A stretch of DNA of 56,409 nucleotides from a virus. Taxonomy: Duplodnaviria; Caudoviricetes. Every line of letters begins with the position of its first letter. Position 1 is the stretch's first letter. The DNA is taken from positions 1 to 56,409 of IMG/VR virus record IMGVR_UViG_3300044681_000017, one strand, 5' to 3'. Under the pieces are notes generated by a model, which saw nothing but the letters and a program-made list of their open reading frames with translations, had not been told where the DNA came from and did no database searches. Of the stretch, positions 43,169 through 52,505 are shown in pieces. The translations under genes and the position numbers were made by a program.

Positions 43169-43393
43169 CTAGACTCCTTTGGGTCTTGCGGGTTTTTCAC
43201 GATTACCATTAATGTAATCGATGTATTCATTATATAGTGCAATAAAATGATCGTTTTCCTGAATCACAGCTTGTAACTTATGAGAAGCTTCTGCGCCACG
43301 CCGGTATACGTTACCATCGTCACTGTACATATAGTACCAGTCATGCTTCTCTAAAAGATCATACAACTCTATGATAGTCAGTTTACGAGTCAT
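43169..43393 (-). CDS. Hypothetical protein
   Basis: HDWYYMYSDD...YRRG motif. Confidence 0.7.
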   Translation of the reverse strand: MTRKLTIIELYDLLEKHDWYYMYSDDGNVYRRGAEASHKLQAVIQENDHFIALYNEYIDYINGNREKPARPKGV

Positions 43394-44009
43394 TCCTCAC
43401 ACTCCAGAAAATGTGTCTTCCAAGTTGGACTTCCTTGTCCATCCTTCGGTTCCATCGTGGGTTAACGTAGTCAGCATGATAGAACAGAGAACCCTTGGTG
43501 ATATCATTACCTTCACCAGTTGCACGATCTCTTGCTACATCCGACACGACTCTATAGATTGATGTATAGGCTTTCCAATTACGAGGAATGTCAGAACGTC
43601 CATCACAGTACCAACTAAATTGACACCTGTTCCTAATAGGTTGACCATCCCTGCCTTCTACGGCCTGAAAGACAACATCACACACAGAATCCGGAAAGAG
43701 ATCACTCTCTACCCGATTCAGTACAACTTGGGTCACACCGATTTGACCAGCAACAGGTTCATCCCTTGCTTCAAAATAAGCATTCGTTGCGAGACATTCG
43801 ATGTCCCTCTCAGAAAAATAGCCATCCCCGCCAATAGCTTCGGAATCAAGAGAGAGAGGTTGAGCCGAAGCAGAACCGTTGGCGGAGATGACCTCCTCCA
43901 GACTATCCAGTCTAGAAGAAACCGTATTAATCAAATATAATTCAAACCCAATAATGGATAAGAAAGCTGCAGCAGCTGCTGCGTATTGAAGTCTAGTCTT
44001 AGTAATCAT
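43383..44009 (-). CDS. SleB-like cell wall hydrolase (Hydrolase_2) with N-terminal membrane anchor
   Basis: CLATNAYFEAR, VLNRV, CQFSW, FYHA, GRHIF. Confidence 0.9.
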   Translation of the reverse strand: MITKTRLQYAAAAAAFLSIIGFELYLINTVSSRLDSLEEVISANGSASAQPLSLDSEAIGGDGYFSERDIECLATNAYFEARDEPVAGQIGVTQVVLNRVESDLFPDSVCDVVFQAVEGRDGQPIRNRCQFSWYCDGRSDIPRNWKAYTSIYRVVSDVARDRATGEGNDITKGSLFYHADYVNPRWNRRMDKEVQLGRHIFWSVRNDS

Positions 44010-44058
44010 GTTTTACCTTTCGTTACTAACCAGACGAGTAGATTAAACACTCAATTTA

Positions 44059-44541
44059 TTACGCTGCACGTTTCTGTTCAAGTTCGTTATACGTGAGGAT
44101 GCTGCCATCCTTCATCTCGTAGAAACACTTGTACGAACCTTCCTCACGGACGTTACCCTCAAGGATAACCCACGCTTCGGTCTTAACAGCAATATCGCCA
44201 CGCATGTAACCATACTCATCATTGATGGTGTGGCGAGTGGCAACCCAACCCAGTTCCTTGTTGTACTCAAGGATAATGGGAGTCTCCCACTTCTCCCAAG
44301 GGGTTTCGTCATCGGCGACTATTTCCCAGTCAAGGATGTACTCCTGATAATAATCGTTGTTCTCTTCAACGATCTTGGTCAGGTTAGGGATACCCTTCTC
44401 AAGAATGCGATTGACGTTCGCAGATGAGAGGTTGGGTACGACATAGGCGTTACCGCCCTTGTACTTCCAATAGTACTCCCCAGTGAAGCCGTTATGAGCG
44501 GCATAGTTTTCACGGATTTGGGTTTGGATTACAAGTTTCAT
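44059..44541 (-). CDS. Hypothetical early protein
   Basis: MKLVIQTQ.RENY...YWKYKGG; has its own early promoter. Confidence 0.7.
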   Translation of the reverse strand: MKLVIQTQIRENYAAHNGFTGEYYWKYKGGNAYVVPNLSSANVNRILEKGIPNLTKIVEENNDYYQEYILDWEIVADDETPWEKWETPIILEYNKELGWVATRHTINDEYGYMRGDIAVKTEAWVILEGNVREEGSYKCFYEMKDGSILTYNELEQKRAA

Positions 44542-44571
44542 AAGTCACCTCTCTCATCAGATTACGTATAC

Positions 44572-44600
44572 ACTATAACCTATCAGGCAGGGAATGTCAA
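44572..44600 (-). promoter_or_regulatory. Sigma70-type early promoter
   Basis: TTGACA-17-TATAGT, followed by leader GTATACGTAATCTGATGAGAGAG. Confidence 0.75.
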
Positions 44601-45352
44601 GCGTTTTTTTGTATTTTTTTCACTAATTCCTTAAAATCTTTCAGATGGAGACTGTTTGGCCCATCCGACAATGCATTGTCCGGATCAGGGTGAACCTCAA
44701 AGAAGAAGTTCTTCACCCCCAATGCAGCCCCAGCGGCCGCTAATGGGATGATAGCAGACCTGTCCGAAGTGTCTACTCGTGCTGGATTTTGAATACTGTG
44801 CGTTACATCAAAAACGACATCAGGATAATTATTTATCATATAATTAAGCCCCACGAAGTCAACGACCAGTCTGTTGTAACCAAAAGAAGTTCCACGTTCT
44901 GTCAACCAGACTTCCTTTGCGCCACTTGCCTTATCTAATACGTCTTGACAATCGTAGGGGGACATAAACTGACCCTTCTTGATATTGACGATCTTACCAC
45001 TGAGAGATGCCGCCTTGATCAGATCAGTCTGTCTAGAGAGTAGGGCAGGAATCTGTAGGACATCAACACAACCGTCATGGTTCTTACTGATATCCATAAC
45101 TTGTTGAACATCATGAACGTCCGTCAAAGTCTTAAGGTCACGGATGCAATCCTTCATCACCCAGAAGTGATTCATGGTCTCCCGAAGACCTACTCCACGA
45201 GGACTATCTTTCTTACTACGATTCGCCTTGTCATAGGAAGCCTTGAAGTAATAGTCAATACCATATTCATCACATACCGACTTACAGTAAGACGCAATCT
45301 CCATAGACATCTCTAGAGATTCGTGTTGACAAGGCCCTGCAATAATTCTCAT
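44597..45352 (-). CDS. kdsA: Kdo-8-phosphate synthase
   Basis: IAGPC, KASYDKANRS, QIPA, KKGQF, ERG, DVTH, ALSDG. Confidence 0.92.
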   Translation of the reverse strand: MRIIAGPCQHESLEMSMEIASYCKSVCDEYGIDYYFKASYDKANRSKKDSPRGVGLRETMNHFWVMKDCIRDLKTLTDVHDVQQVMDISKNHDGCVDVLQIPALLSRQTDLIKAASLSGKIVNIKKGQFMSPYDCQDVLDKASGAKEVWLTERGTSFGYNRLVVDFVGLNYMINNYPDVVFDVTHSIQNPARVDTSDRSAIIPLAAAGAALGVKNFFFEVHPDPDNALSDGPNSLHLKDFKELVKKIQKNA

Positions 45353-46038
45353 ACCAAATTGTTCCTCAGATGCCAAGAGTGTACGTCAGCCACTGTGTTA
45401 ATTTCCACACCATCAAACTGAGTCTCATATACAGATATTGGAACTTCGTTTTCAATCCATCGAAGTTGTTCCAGACTTTCAATTTCTTCATACAAACTCG
45501 TTTCCCAATTTAGGTAATCCTTCAACGTTTCATTTCGATATCCGTAAACACCAAGGTGTCGAACACCATAGGTGATATCACGAGCGAACCAATGAGCGAC
45601 ATAATTATTATGTACCATCTTAACGTTGTGACGGTTGTTTTGTTCCTGTTCCGTCATCTTGGTATATAGAGTGGCCACAAGTGCATCTTCATTATGCAAA
45701 CCGTGTACCAACATATCAATCATTGTTGTTGTGATGTCAGGCATATCTCCCTGAACATTAATAAAGTACTCGTATTGGTCTAGTTCACTAATAAAGGATG
45801 CAGAGGCACATCGTTCAGTTCCATTATTATAATAGACAGACGAATCAACAATTGTCTCAAAACCCTTTACCAGCTTTGCAACTTTGACATCATCTGTTAG
45901 AACATAGACTGGATACCCAGTCATTTCACATGCTTCCGCAACTCTCCTAATCATAGGAACTCCACCAAGTTTCACGGTAGGTTTATTAGGCAGACGCCTA
46001 CTACCAAGACGAGCGGGAATTAGAATTGCAGTGTTCAT
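45349..46038 (-). CDS. kdsB: CMP-Kdo synthetase
   Basis: IPARLGSRRLPNK, GTER, NVQGD, HLGVYGY, ESLEQLR. Confidence 0.92.
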   Translation of the reverse strand: MNTAILIPARLGSRRLPNKPTVKLGGVPMIRRVAEACEMTGYPVYVLTDDVKVAKLVKGFETIVDSSVYYNNGTERCASASFISELDQYEYFINVQGDMPDITTTMIDMLVHGLHNEDALVATLYTKMTEQEQNNRHNVKMVHNNYVAHWFARDITYGVRHLGVYGYRNETLKDYLNWETSLYEEIESLEQLRWIENEVPISVYETQFDGVEINTVADVHSWHLRNNLV

Positions 46039-46051
46039 AATATACTTTCAT

Positions 46052-46137
46052 TGGTGCGGGTAGCCGGAGTCGAACCGGCACACCATAAAGGCGAGAGATT
46101 TTAAGTCTCTTGTGTCTACCGATTCCACCATACCCGC
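46052..46137 (-). tRNA. tRNA-Leu (UAA)
   Basis: Cloverleaf with long variable arm, CT-TAA-AA loop, CCA. Confidence 0.95.
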
Positions 46138-46142
46138 AGAGA

Positions 46143-46210
46143 TGGAGCGGAGTGATGGAGTCTCACCACCCTACGGTACAGGGAATGTACCGCTGTCATA
46201 GACCCTCCGC
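46143..46210 (-). ncRNA. Non-canonical tRNA-Gly(UCC)-like RNA
   Basis: GCGGAG/CTCCGC acceptor stem plus U73-CCA; GGTAC-AT-TCC-CT-GTACC arm; T-arm with TGAGACT loop; shortened D-arm. Confidence 0.75.
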
Positions 46211-46215
46211 ATAAT

Positions 46216-46292
46216 TGGCGTCCCCTGAGAGATTCGAACTCCCGACCCTGTGCTTAGAAGGCACATGCTCTATCCAGCTGAGCTAAGAGGAC
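46216..46292 (-). tRNA. tRNA-Arg (UCU)
   Basis: Cloverleaf, CT-TCT-AA loop, CCA. Confidence 0.95.
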
Positions 46293-46810
46293 AATGATTC
46301 CAGAATGTTTTCCGGATTCGAAACTTCATAGGGATCAACAGGACAGTTATCACACATACCAGCTTCTACCCAATATTCTGTAATTACAAGGTTATCGATC
46401 ATGCTTGCGTAACGCCAAGAACGATTGCCGAAACCGAGATTGGATTTGTCAACCAACATACCCATACCCTTTGCAAAGTCTCCGTTACCATCAGGCAGCA
46501 TCTTAACATTCTTAATACCAAGTTGGCAAGCCCATTGGTACATAGAAAATGCATCGTTTACAGACGTACACCAAATTTCATCAATGCCCTTTGCAATGAA
46601 ATCATCATAGAGACGTTCAAAGTTAGGTAGTTGTTCGTTAGTACATGTGGGCGTGAATGCGCCTGGCAGACCGAAGACGAGTACCTTCTTACCACCAAAG
46701 AGTTCTGCCGTAGTCTTCCGAACCCATCGGAAGGGATTGGCCCCTCCGATAGACTCATCACGTTCACGCATATGGAAGACTACATCTGGTGCGTAGTCAG
46801 CCCACTTCAC
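46283..46810 (-). CDS. Peroxiredoxin (Prx5-like redoxin)
   Basis: LPGAFTPTC, SVND, DGNGDF, RSWRY. Confidence 0.92.
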   Translation of the reverse strand: MKWADYAPDVVFHMRERDESIGGANPFRWVRKTTAELFGGKKVLVFGLPGAFTPTCTNEQLPNFERLYDDFIAKGIDEIWCTSVNDAFSMYQWACQLGIKNVKMLPDGNGDFAKGMGMLVDKSNLGFGNRSWRYASMIDNLVITEYWVEAGMCDNCPVDPYEVSNPENILESLSS

Positions 46811-47019
46811 TTCGACTCACCATTCTGTTCAGACTGGAACGCTTCTGCCAACTGGATGACCTGTACAGCCTGATCACGGAGTTGGCCAATAGTAGAGAGT
46901 TCTTCTCCCTTAAATCCACCACGCTGTACAACAGTGTCAATCACTGCAATGGTAGAACGTGCCACACGGTTACCAAGTTCATAAATCTGAGTGTGGTCTT
47001 GGGTTGCTGCTTTAGTCAT
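46807..47019 (-). CDS. Small hypothetical protein
   Basis: RSTIAVIDTVVQRGGFKGEEL; start moved to MTKAA. Confidence 0.65.
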   Translation of the reverse strand: MTKAATQDHTQIYELGNRVARSTIAVIDTVVQRGGFKGEELSTIGQLRDQAVQVIQLAEAFQSEQNGESK

Positions 47020-47020
47020 T

Positions 47021-47698
47021 TTAGGCTCCATAAGTAGATGATTTTTCAAGTGCAATAAAATATTCAATTTCAGACTGTTTACTAGAGAAACGAGTAATCA
47101 ACTTCTTCGAAATCGACACATCGAAATCCTCGTTAACAATCTTAAGATTGCTCACATTCAGAATAAGGTTAAAATCAACCCCAGCTGGATATGACCCATC
47201 AACATCAATCGAGAACGTATTGCAAGTACTATCCTTGGAATCCACAACCGAAATCTGAATTGCACCATTGCTAGGCGTAATTGAGATTTGTGTGTGTCCA
47301 AGAGTCTGTGCAGCACGCTTGATTCGATTCAATGTGTCATTATCTAGTGTGAACTTAACTTCACTCTCAGGCATTATAATATCTTTCGATGGTGCCGTCA
47401 AGAGATCAGGATCAGAAAAGAAATACTTGATACGTGAACGACCAGTAGAGTCACCCACTACCACATAGTCCTTTTCAAACTTAAGGTTCGGCTTATCAAC
47501 CAAAGAGAGAACACCAAGGAACTCGTTAAGGTCATAGATTCCGAACCCTACCGGAAACGATTCCTCAATGGAAGTCTTCGAAAAAACATTCCGTGCAACA
47601 GAAACCGTATTCAGTACCTTCCCCTCATTGATAACAATGTTGGGATTAATTGTCGCATAATTTTTTAGTACCAGCATGGTACGATCAGAAAGTTGCAT
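47021..47698 (-). CDS. 45: Sliding clamp (T4 gp45)
   Basis: LKNYATIN, FGIYDLNEFL, YFIALE. Confidence 0.95.
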   Translation of the reverse strand: MQLSDRTMLVLKNYATINPNIVINEGKVLNTVSVARNVFSKTSIEESFPVGFGIYDLNEFLGVLSLVDKPNLKFEKDYVVVGDSTGRSRIKYFFSDPDLLTAPSKDIIMPESEVKFTLDNDTLNRIKRAAQTLGHTQISITPSNGAIQISVVDSKDSTCNTFSIDVDGSYPAGVDFNLILNVSNLKIVNEDFDVSISKKLITRFSSKQSEIEYFIALEKSSTYGA

Positions 47699-47710
47699 TA
47701 TATACTCCGC

Positions 47711-48298
47711 TTATAGTTTAGTCAACCAAATTTGTAAACTTTTTCTGAGGTTACCCTCAACCACTGGTGTGGTCTTGTGATGTACGTCAGCCTCTAAGAG
47801 AACCGCCCTGTTATACGAGGGTGTGACTCTTTCGATGGAATCTTTATCATCAATATCCATAGTATACAAGAACTCACCACCTTTGTCAAGCCCCCATTTA
47901 CGATTTAAATACACCGTCAATGCACCGTGTCGGTCAGGGGTAAGTTTTGGTGCATAATCACAATGCCAGTTAATCCTAGACTGTGGTGTCCATATGTGAA
48001 ACATAGGGCCGTAGATCACACGAAACCCATATGGTTCAACCAAGGCATTGACCCGATTCGTTACCCAATCTGAAAACCTAGCATGGTTCTTTTCTATCGT
48101 ATGGATCAGAACAAGATATGGGGTTTCAGTCTCTTTCCCATCAATGTAGTTCAGAGGACTACCCCAATCAAAGATATTACAATCAAACTTATGTCTTCCG
48201 GAAGCACCCTTCTCATACAAAACAGAATTCAGATAATGTGATATTTTTGACACGGTATCGTCATCAAAAAAATTATCGATCACATGTATCTTACCCAT
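47711..48298 (-). CDS. 2OG-Fe(II) oxygenase (prolyl-hydroxylase-like)
   Basis: WHCD...VYLN..W...GGEF...P.YNRAV...HHKT...RKS. Confidence 0.85.
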   Translation of the reverse strand: MGKIHVIDNFFDDDTVSKISHYLNSVLYEKGASGRHKFDCNIFDWGSPLNYIDGKETETPYLVLIHTIEKNHARFSDWVTNRVNALVEPYGFRVIYGPMFHIWTPQSRINWHCDYAPKLTPDRHGALTVYLNRKWGLDKGGEFLYTMDIDDKDSIERVTPSYNRAVLLEADVHHKTTPVVEGNLRKSLQIWLTKL

Positions 48299-50022
48299 TA
48301 TGCAGCTACCCGCATCTTACTAAAGTTCTTATCCTTAACAAACTCAATCTTACGTTGGAACTGTGCATCCTCCAGTTCAGACTTGTGAGAGATAACAAAC
48401 ACGTTGGTTTCTTCTCCCAGAGTATGAAGGATTTTCATCAGGTTGTCAACCCCATCATCATCCAAAGACGAATCAAATGTTTCATCAAGGATCAGTAGAT
48501 TGGTGGCCACTGAGTTCTTCATCTTTGCTACCTGTCTCCACGTGAACAGGAGTGACAAGTCGATACGTTGTTTCTCCCCTTCAGAGAATGAGTCATACGA
48601 GAAAGCGTCACGATACCGTGAACGAATAGTCTCATTAAACCCCTCATCAAGATCGAAGTGAACAAAGAAGTCTAGAATCTGTAGGTATTGGTTGGTCAAC
48701 TTATTGATCACAGGTAGGTACTGTTTAATGATCTTAGTCTTAATACCAGTATCCTTCAGAAGTTCTGCGCTTACCTGTTGATAAGAGTAGTCCTCATGTA
48801 GAGTATACTTGGCGTCTTGTTTTGATTCCAATTCAGAATTCAAAGATTGTAACTCAGAATTGGCCTTCTGTAGATCACCACTGTTCTCCGACAAGGAATC
48901 GATCTCTTCATGAATACGATCAATACGTTTATTCAAAGACGTAATCTGTTGATTGTTATTGTTGATCTCATTCTGCAATGCACGGACAGAATCCATCTCA
49001 ACATGAAGATCGTATAGTTGTTGATCAAATTCTTTCATCTGAGAGTCAGACTTGGCCATAGCGTCATTCAGTTCTTTTGCACGAGCATTCGCATCATTCT
49101 TCTTAGAGAGCCTCAACTCTTCCGCAATGTGTTGATCACATGTAGGACAGTGTTCGTTGCTTTCAAAGAACTGCGCTTCTTTCACCACAGACTTAATCTG
49201 AGACTTAAACGTGGACTGGTAGGACAACAGTTTCTCACGTGAGGAAGTAACCTTCTCCAACTTCTTACTAATCTGTTCAGACTTGGTTATCGTATCCTGT
49301 AGATTGAGGTTATTAAATGCCGTGAGTTCCTTGATCTCATCCAAAAGAGTTTGAATCTCAGTCTCTTTTTCTTTGCGATGAGCTGAGTTAACAGCAGAGA
49401 GATCACGAAGGTACTTCTTCTGAGCATTTATTTTGGTCTTGACCATATCAATGTCATATCCATTCTCACGGATTTTCTCCTTGAGAATTGACATCTTTTC
49501 CTTCAGAATTGTGTTCATCTTGGAGAACATGTTGATGTCAAGCAAATCCTCAATAACTTCTCTTCGTGATGTCGCTGCAAGCTGCATGAAGGGAACAAAT
49601 GAAGACGAACCCAGAACAACAATCTGGTGAAACGACTTATGGTTCAACTTCAAAATATTGGTCTCTAGAAGTTGTTGATATTCCTTGGCATGTGAATTCT
49701 GGTTCAACATATTATCATTAACCCAAATCTCAAAGATGTTGGGTTTGATACCACGGACGATCTTATACTTCAGAGAACCTACTGAGAAAAGAACCTCGAC
49801 CAGTGTACCCTTTCCATTAATAGAGTTCACTAGTTGAGGTTTGGATATTTTCCGGTGGGGTTTACCGAACAATCCAAAACTAAGGGCGTCAAGCATGGTT
49901 GACTTACCCGCACCGTTCTGACCCACTACCAGAGTAGTAGGTGATGATTCAAAATCGATTTCTGTAAAATTATTGCCGGTAGAAAGAAAGTTCTTCCAGC
50001 GAAGTTTCTCAAACTTTATCAT
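48298..50022 (-). CDS. 46: Recombination endonuclease ATPase subunit (T4 gp46, Rad50-like)
   Basis: GQNGAGKST, CPTC zinc hook, FSEGE, LDE. Confidence 0.97.
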   Translation of the reverse strand: MIKFEKLRWKNFLSTGNNFTEIDFESSPTTLVVGQNGAGKSTMLDALSFGLFGKPHRKISKPQLVNSINGKGTLVEVLFSVGSLKYKIVRGIKPNIFEIWVNDNMLNQNSHAKEYQQLLETNILKLNHKSFHQIVVLGSSSFVPFMQLAATSRREVIEDLLDINMFSKMNTILKEKMSILKEKIRENGYDIDMVKTKINAQKKYLRDLSAVNSAHRKEKETEIQTLLDEIKELTAFNNLNLQDTITKSEQISKKLEKVTSSREKLLSYQSTFKSQIKSVVKEAQFFESNEHCPTCDQHIAEELRLSKKNDANARAKELNDAMAKSDSQMKEFDQQLYDLHVEMDSVRALQNEINNNNQQITSLNKRIDRIHEEIDSLSENSGDLQKANSELQSLNSELESKQDAKYTLHEDYSYQQVSAELLKDTGIKTKIIKQYLPVINKLTNQYLQILDFFVHFDLDEGFNETIRSRYRDAFSYDSFSEGEKQRIDLSLLFTWRQVAKMKNSVATNLLILDETFDSSLDDDGVDNLMKILHTLGEETNVFVISHKSELEDAQFQRKIEFVKDKNFSKMRVAA

Positions 50023-50263
50023 TCTGCAATTTCTCTGCGATGCCTTCTCTTACTTCAATACCACAATTATCGCACACTCGGCCTATTTTGTCAATATAAA
50101 ATCCAGTGCCGTTATGGGGTTGGCCACAACGATTGCAGAAATCACCGATACCCAACTTCTCTTCTTTCTTCTTACCAAAGATAGCATCCCAGTTATCCGA
50201 AAACTTTTTCTTGTCTACCGGACGTGGTTTACTACCCTTGCCTCCGTGCCATTCCGACATCAC
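50009..50263 (-). CDS. Small hypothetical protein with CxxC pairs
   Basis: WHGGKGSKPR...NWDAIF; CNRC...CDNC. Confidence 0.65.
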   Translation of the reverse strand: MMSEWHGGKGSKPRPVDKKKFSDNWDAIFGKKKEEKLGIGDFCNRCGQPHNGTGFYIDKIGRVCDNCGIEVREGIAEKLQNDKV

Positions 50264-51318
50264 AAAACCTCCATAGTTTGTGCTTCAGTCATAAGAATGG
50301 ATATTTCTTTCTTAATCCTATTCTTATCTAAGTCTGTCACCACATTGTCAATGTATTGGTATACAAGTGTCTCGGTATCGTCAATGGATACGTTGACATC
50401 TCCAACATTCTCGCCAATAAATTCCTTAAAGTCTTCTACGATTTTCAGTTCATGAATCTTCTGGCTTTGAACACGATCAACAAAACGTTCAAACTCGTAA
50501 GGGTCACCCTTATCGACCACAATCAACTTGACAAACTTATTGTCAAGATAACGAAGGTCTTTGAACTTATTCATCTTACTATGGTCATAGTAAACCCTCT
50601 CAAAAATTGTTAAGGGGTTATGTACCGCAGTCAGTTCCCTTGTTTCAGTATCAAGAACATGGAAATACTTGGCGTCCCCACAATCGTTCCAGAAGAATTC
50701 CATCTGAGACCCAAGGTAGTAAACGTTACCCTGAGTAGACTTGGCATGGAAGTGTCCTGTCAGAACCATTTCGAACTTATCGAAATGCGAACGGGACATA
50801 CCATCATGACAGGGCATACCACGTTGCATATCAAAACCCTGCAACTCTAGGTGTGCGCCAACCACAGGAGCCTTACACGTCTCAAGAAATTTAAGTGTCG
50901 CATTCTCGTTCTCAGGGTTAATCCAAGGGATTAATGCGACATCTAAAGTGTCGTATTTCATCACCGTGGGTTCCATGATCACGTTCACCTCATTCATGTA
51001 GTGACCAAGAAGTTCCTTGAGTGAGTTTAGATTGTTGGTATTTTTGTAGTAGGTATCATGGTTGCCCGGAATGATATCCATCGTGATACCATGTTTACGC
51101 AACTGTTCTAGGAAAATTTTACGGTTGTGATTCAAGGCCTTGAAGTTGACTGTCTTACGGTTATCGTAATAGTCACCAAGGTGTAGAATCTGTTTGATGT
51201 CATTTTCTAACAAATATGGAAAGAACACCTCTGAGTAGAAGCGTTCTTGATAATCCATAAAAATGTCAGAAGAGTTACGAATACCCGCATGGGTATCGTT
51301 CAGGATTGCAATCTTCAT
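50260..51318 (-). CDS. 47: Recombination endonuclease nuclease subunit (T4 gp47, Mre11-like)
   Basis: DTH, GD, GNHD, GHFH phosphoesterase motifs. Confidence 0.97.
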   Translation of the reverse strand: MKIAILNDTHAGIRNSSDIFMDYQERFYSEVFFPYLLENDIKQILHLGDYYDNRKTVNFKALNHNRKIFLEQLRKHGITMDIIPGNHDTYYKNTNNLNSLKELLGHYMNEVNVIMEPTVMKYDTLDVALIPWINPENENATLKFLETCKAPVVGAHLELQGFDMQRGMPCHDGMSRSHFDKFEMVLTGHFHAKSTQGNVYYLGSQMEFFWNDCGDAKYFHVLDTETRELTAVHNPLTIFERVYYDHSKMNKFKDLRYLDNKFVKLIVVDKGDPYEFERFVDRVQSQKIHELKIVEDFKEFIGENVGDVNVSIDDTETLVYQYIDNVVTDLDKNRIKKEISILMTEAQTMEVL

Positions 51319-51349
51319 AATATATCCCTATTTGACTATAATACTTTAC

Positions 51350-51378
51350 ATTATATCAATAATATCACTATATGTCAA
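51350..51378 (-). promoter_or_regulatory. Consensus sigma70 promoter of gene 47
   Basis: TTGACA-17-TATAAT with extended -10 TG. Confidence 0.85.
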
Positions 51379-51383
51379 TTATT

Positions 51384-51974
51384 TTATACAAGAAAATCTG
51401 ATAGGTCAGAATCGACCTTGACAGTCCTCTTCTTGCGTTTCTTCTCTTCCTCAACATAGGTCTTGAACTCAGCATCTGCTTCCTTCACCACATCGATACG
51501 ATGTCGCAATACATCGACAAACGGAATGACGTTTGAGAAGTCAGCGTCTGCCTCTTCGGGGAGTTCAAGGAAATGTTCGATACCAGCTTCAGAGATATAC
51601 TTCAGTTTGATATCTTGTTGCTTCTTCTCACGTTGAATCCTACGTAGGAAGGCATACCAAGAGATTTGAGTGAAGTACGCAAATGCATTAGGGTTACCTG
51701 TACGAGTTGCAGTCTCGACATTATAGTTCTCAATCGCCTTGAGACAGTTCTCCACAGCATCCATCACCATCTCTTCCCGATAGGTGTATCGAACAAAGTT
51801 AGACTTATGGGAAAGACCCTCAGCAATCTTGAGAAAACATTCTGCGATATAATTGGGTACAATAGGCAACGGGGCCTTTGCAGAACGGGCCTGCTCAACT
51901 GTATTACAATATTCCACCACAGCCTGTGAGAATTGTTTGTTGTTCACATAATGTGGTTTTTCTTTTGCCTTCAT
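51384..51974 (-). CDS. 55: Late sigma factor (T4 gp55)
   Basis: HYVNN, KIAEGLS, NAFAYFTQI..YAFLRRI. Confidence 0.95.
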   Translation of the reverse strand: MKAKEKPHYVNNKQFSQAVVEYCNTVEQARSAKAPLPIVPNYIAECFLKIAEGLSHKSNFVRYTYREEMVMDAVENCLKAIENYNVETATRTGNPNAFAYFTQISWYAFLRRIQREKKQQDIKLKYISEAGIEHFLELPEEADADFSNVIPFVDVLRHRIDVVKEADAEFKTYVEEEKKRKKRTVKVDSDLSDFLV

Positions 51975-52001
51975 CAGGTGCTCCTTTTACACATTAGACA
52001 T

Positions 52002-52031
52002 ATTATATAACATTAGGTTGCACATTGTCAA
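52002..52031 (-). promoter_or_regulatory. Sigma70-type promoter of gene 55
   Basis: TTGACA-18-TATAAT. Confidence 0.65.
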
Positions 52032-52446
52032 GCCCATATTCAACGTCCGCAACTCGTTTGCGTAGTTCAGAGGAAGAGAATCGGTGTGATCTTTCATTGA
52101 AGTAAAGATCGATATCTCTCCTCTTGCATATGTCCTTTCCAGTGAAATCCTTCTCCCTGTACTCTTCCCCAAGGATACGAATGTCTATATGGTACATAGA
52201 CAGAATGTCCTCTAGGTCTCGTTCTGTGGAGTAAGGGATAATCTCATCAACATAACCAACAGCCTTAAGCTGTGTGTACCTTTCAACGATGGTTTGAATG
52301 GGTTGATTCTTTTCGGGTCTATCTAGTGTGGGATCAACTTGCAATCCACAGATAAGATAGTCACACTGTTCTTTTGCGTTTCGCAACATCTGAACGTGTC
52401 CGGAATGCAACAAGTCAAATGCGGAACAGGTAAATCCAACTTTCAT
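52003..52446 (-). CDS. TagD-like (glycerol-3-phosphate) cytidylyltransferase
   Basis: FDLLHSGH, VDEI, RSHRFSSSELR. Confidence 0.88.
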   Translation of the reverse strand: MKVGFTCSAFDLLHSGHVQMLRNAKEQCDYLICGLQVDPTLDRPEKNQPIQTIVERYTQLKAVGYVDEIIPYSTERDLEDILSMYHIDIRILGEEYREKDFTGKDICKRRDIDLYFNERSHRFSSSELRKRVADVEYGLDNVQPNVI

Positions 52447-52447
52447 C

Positions 52448-52476
52448 TTGACAAATCCTCAAATCTATGATATAAT
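52448..52476 (+). promoter_or_regulatory. Consensus sigma70 promoter pointing against the gene flow
   Basis: TTGACA-17-TATAAT with extended -10 TG on the plus strand. Confidence 0.7.
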
Positions 52477-52505
52477 CTATAAACTGCCTCAGGGGAGAAT
52501 ATACC

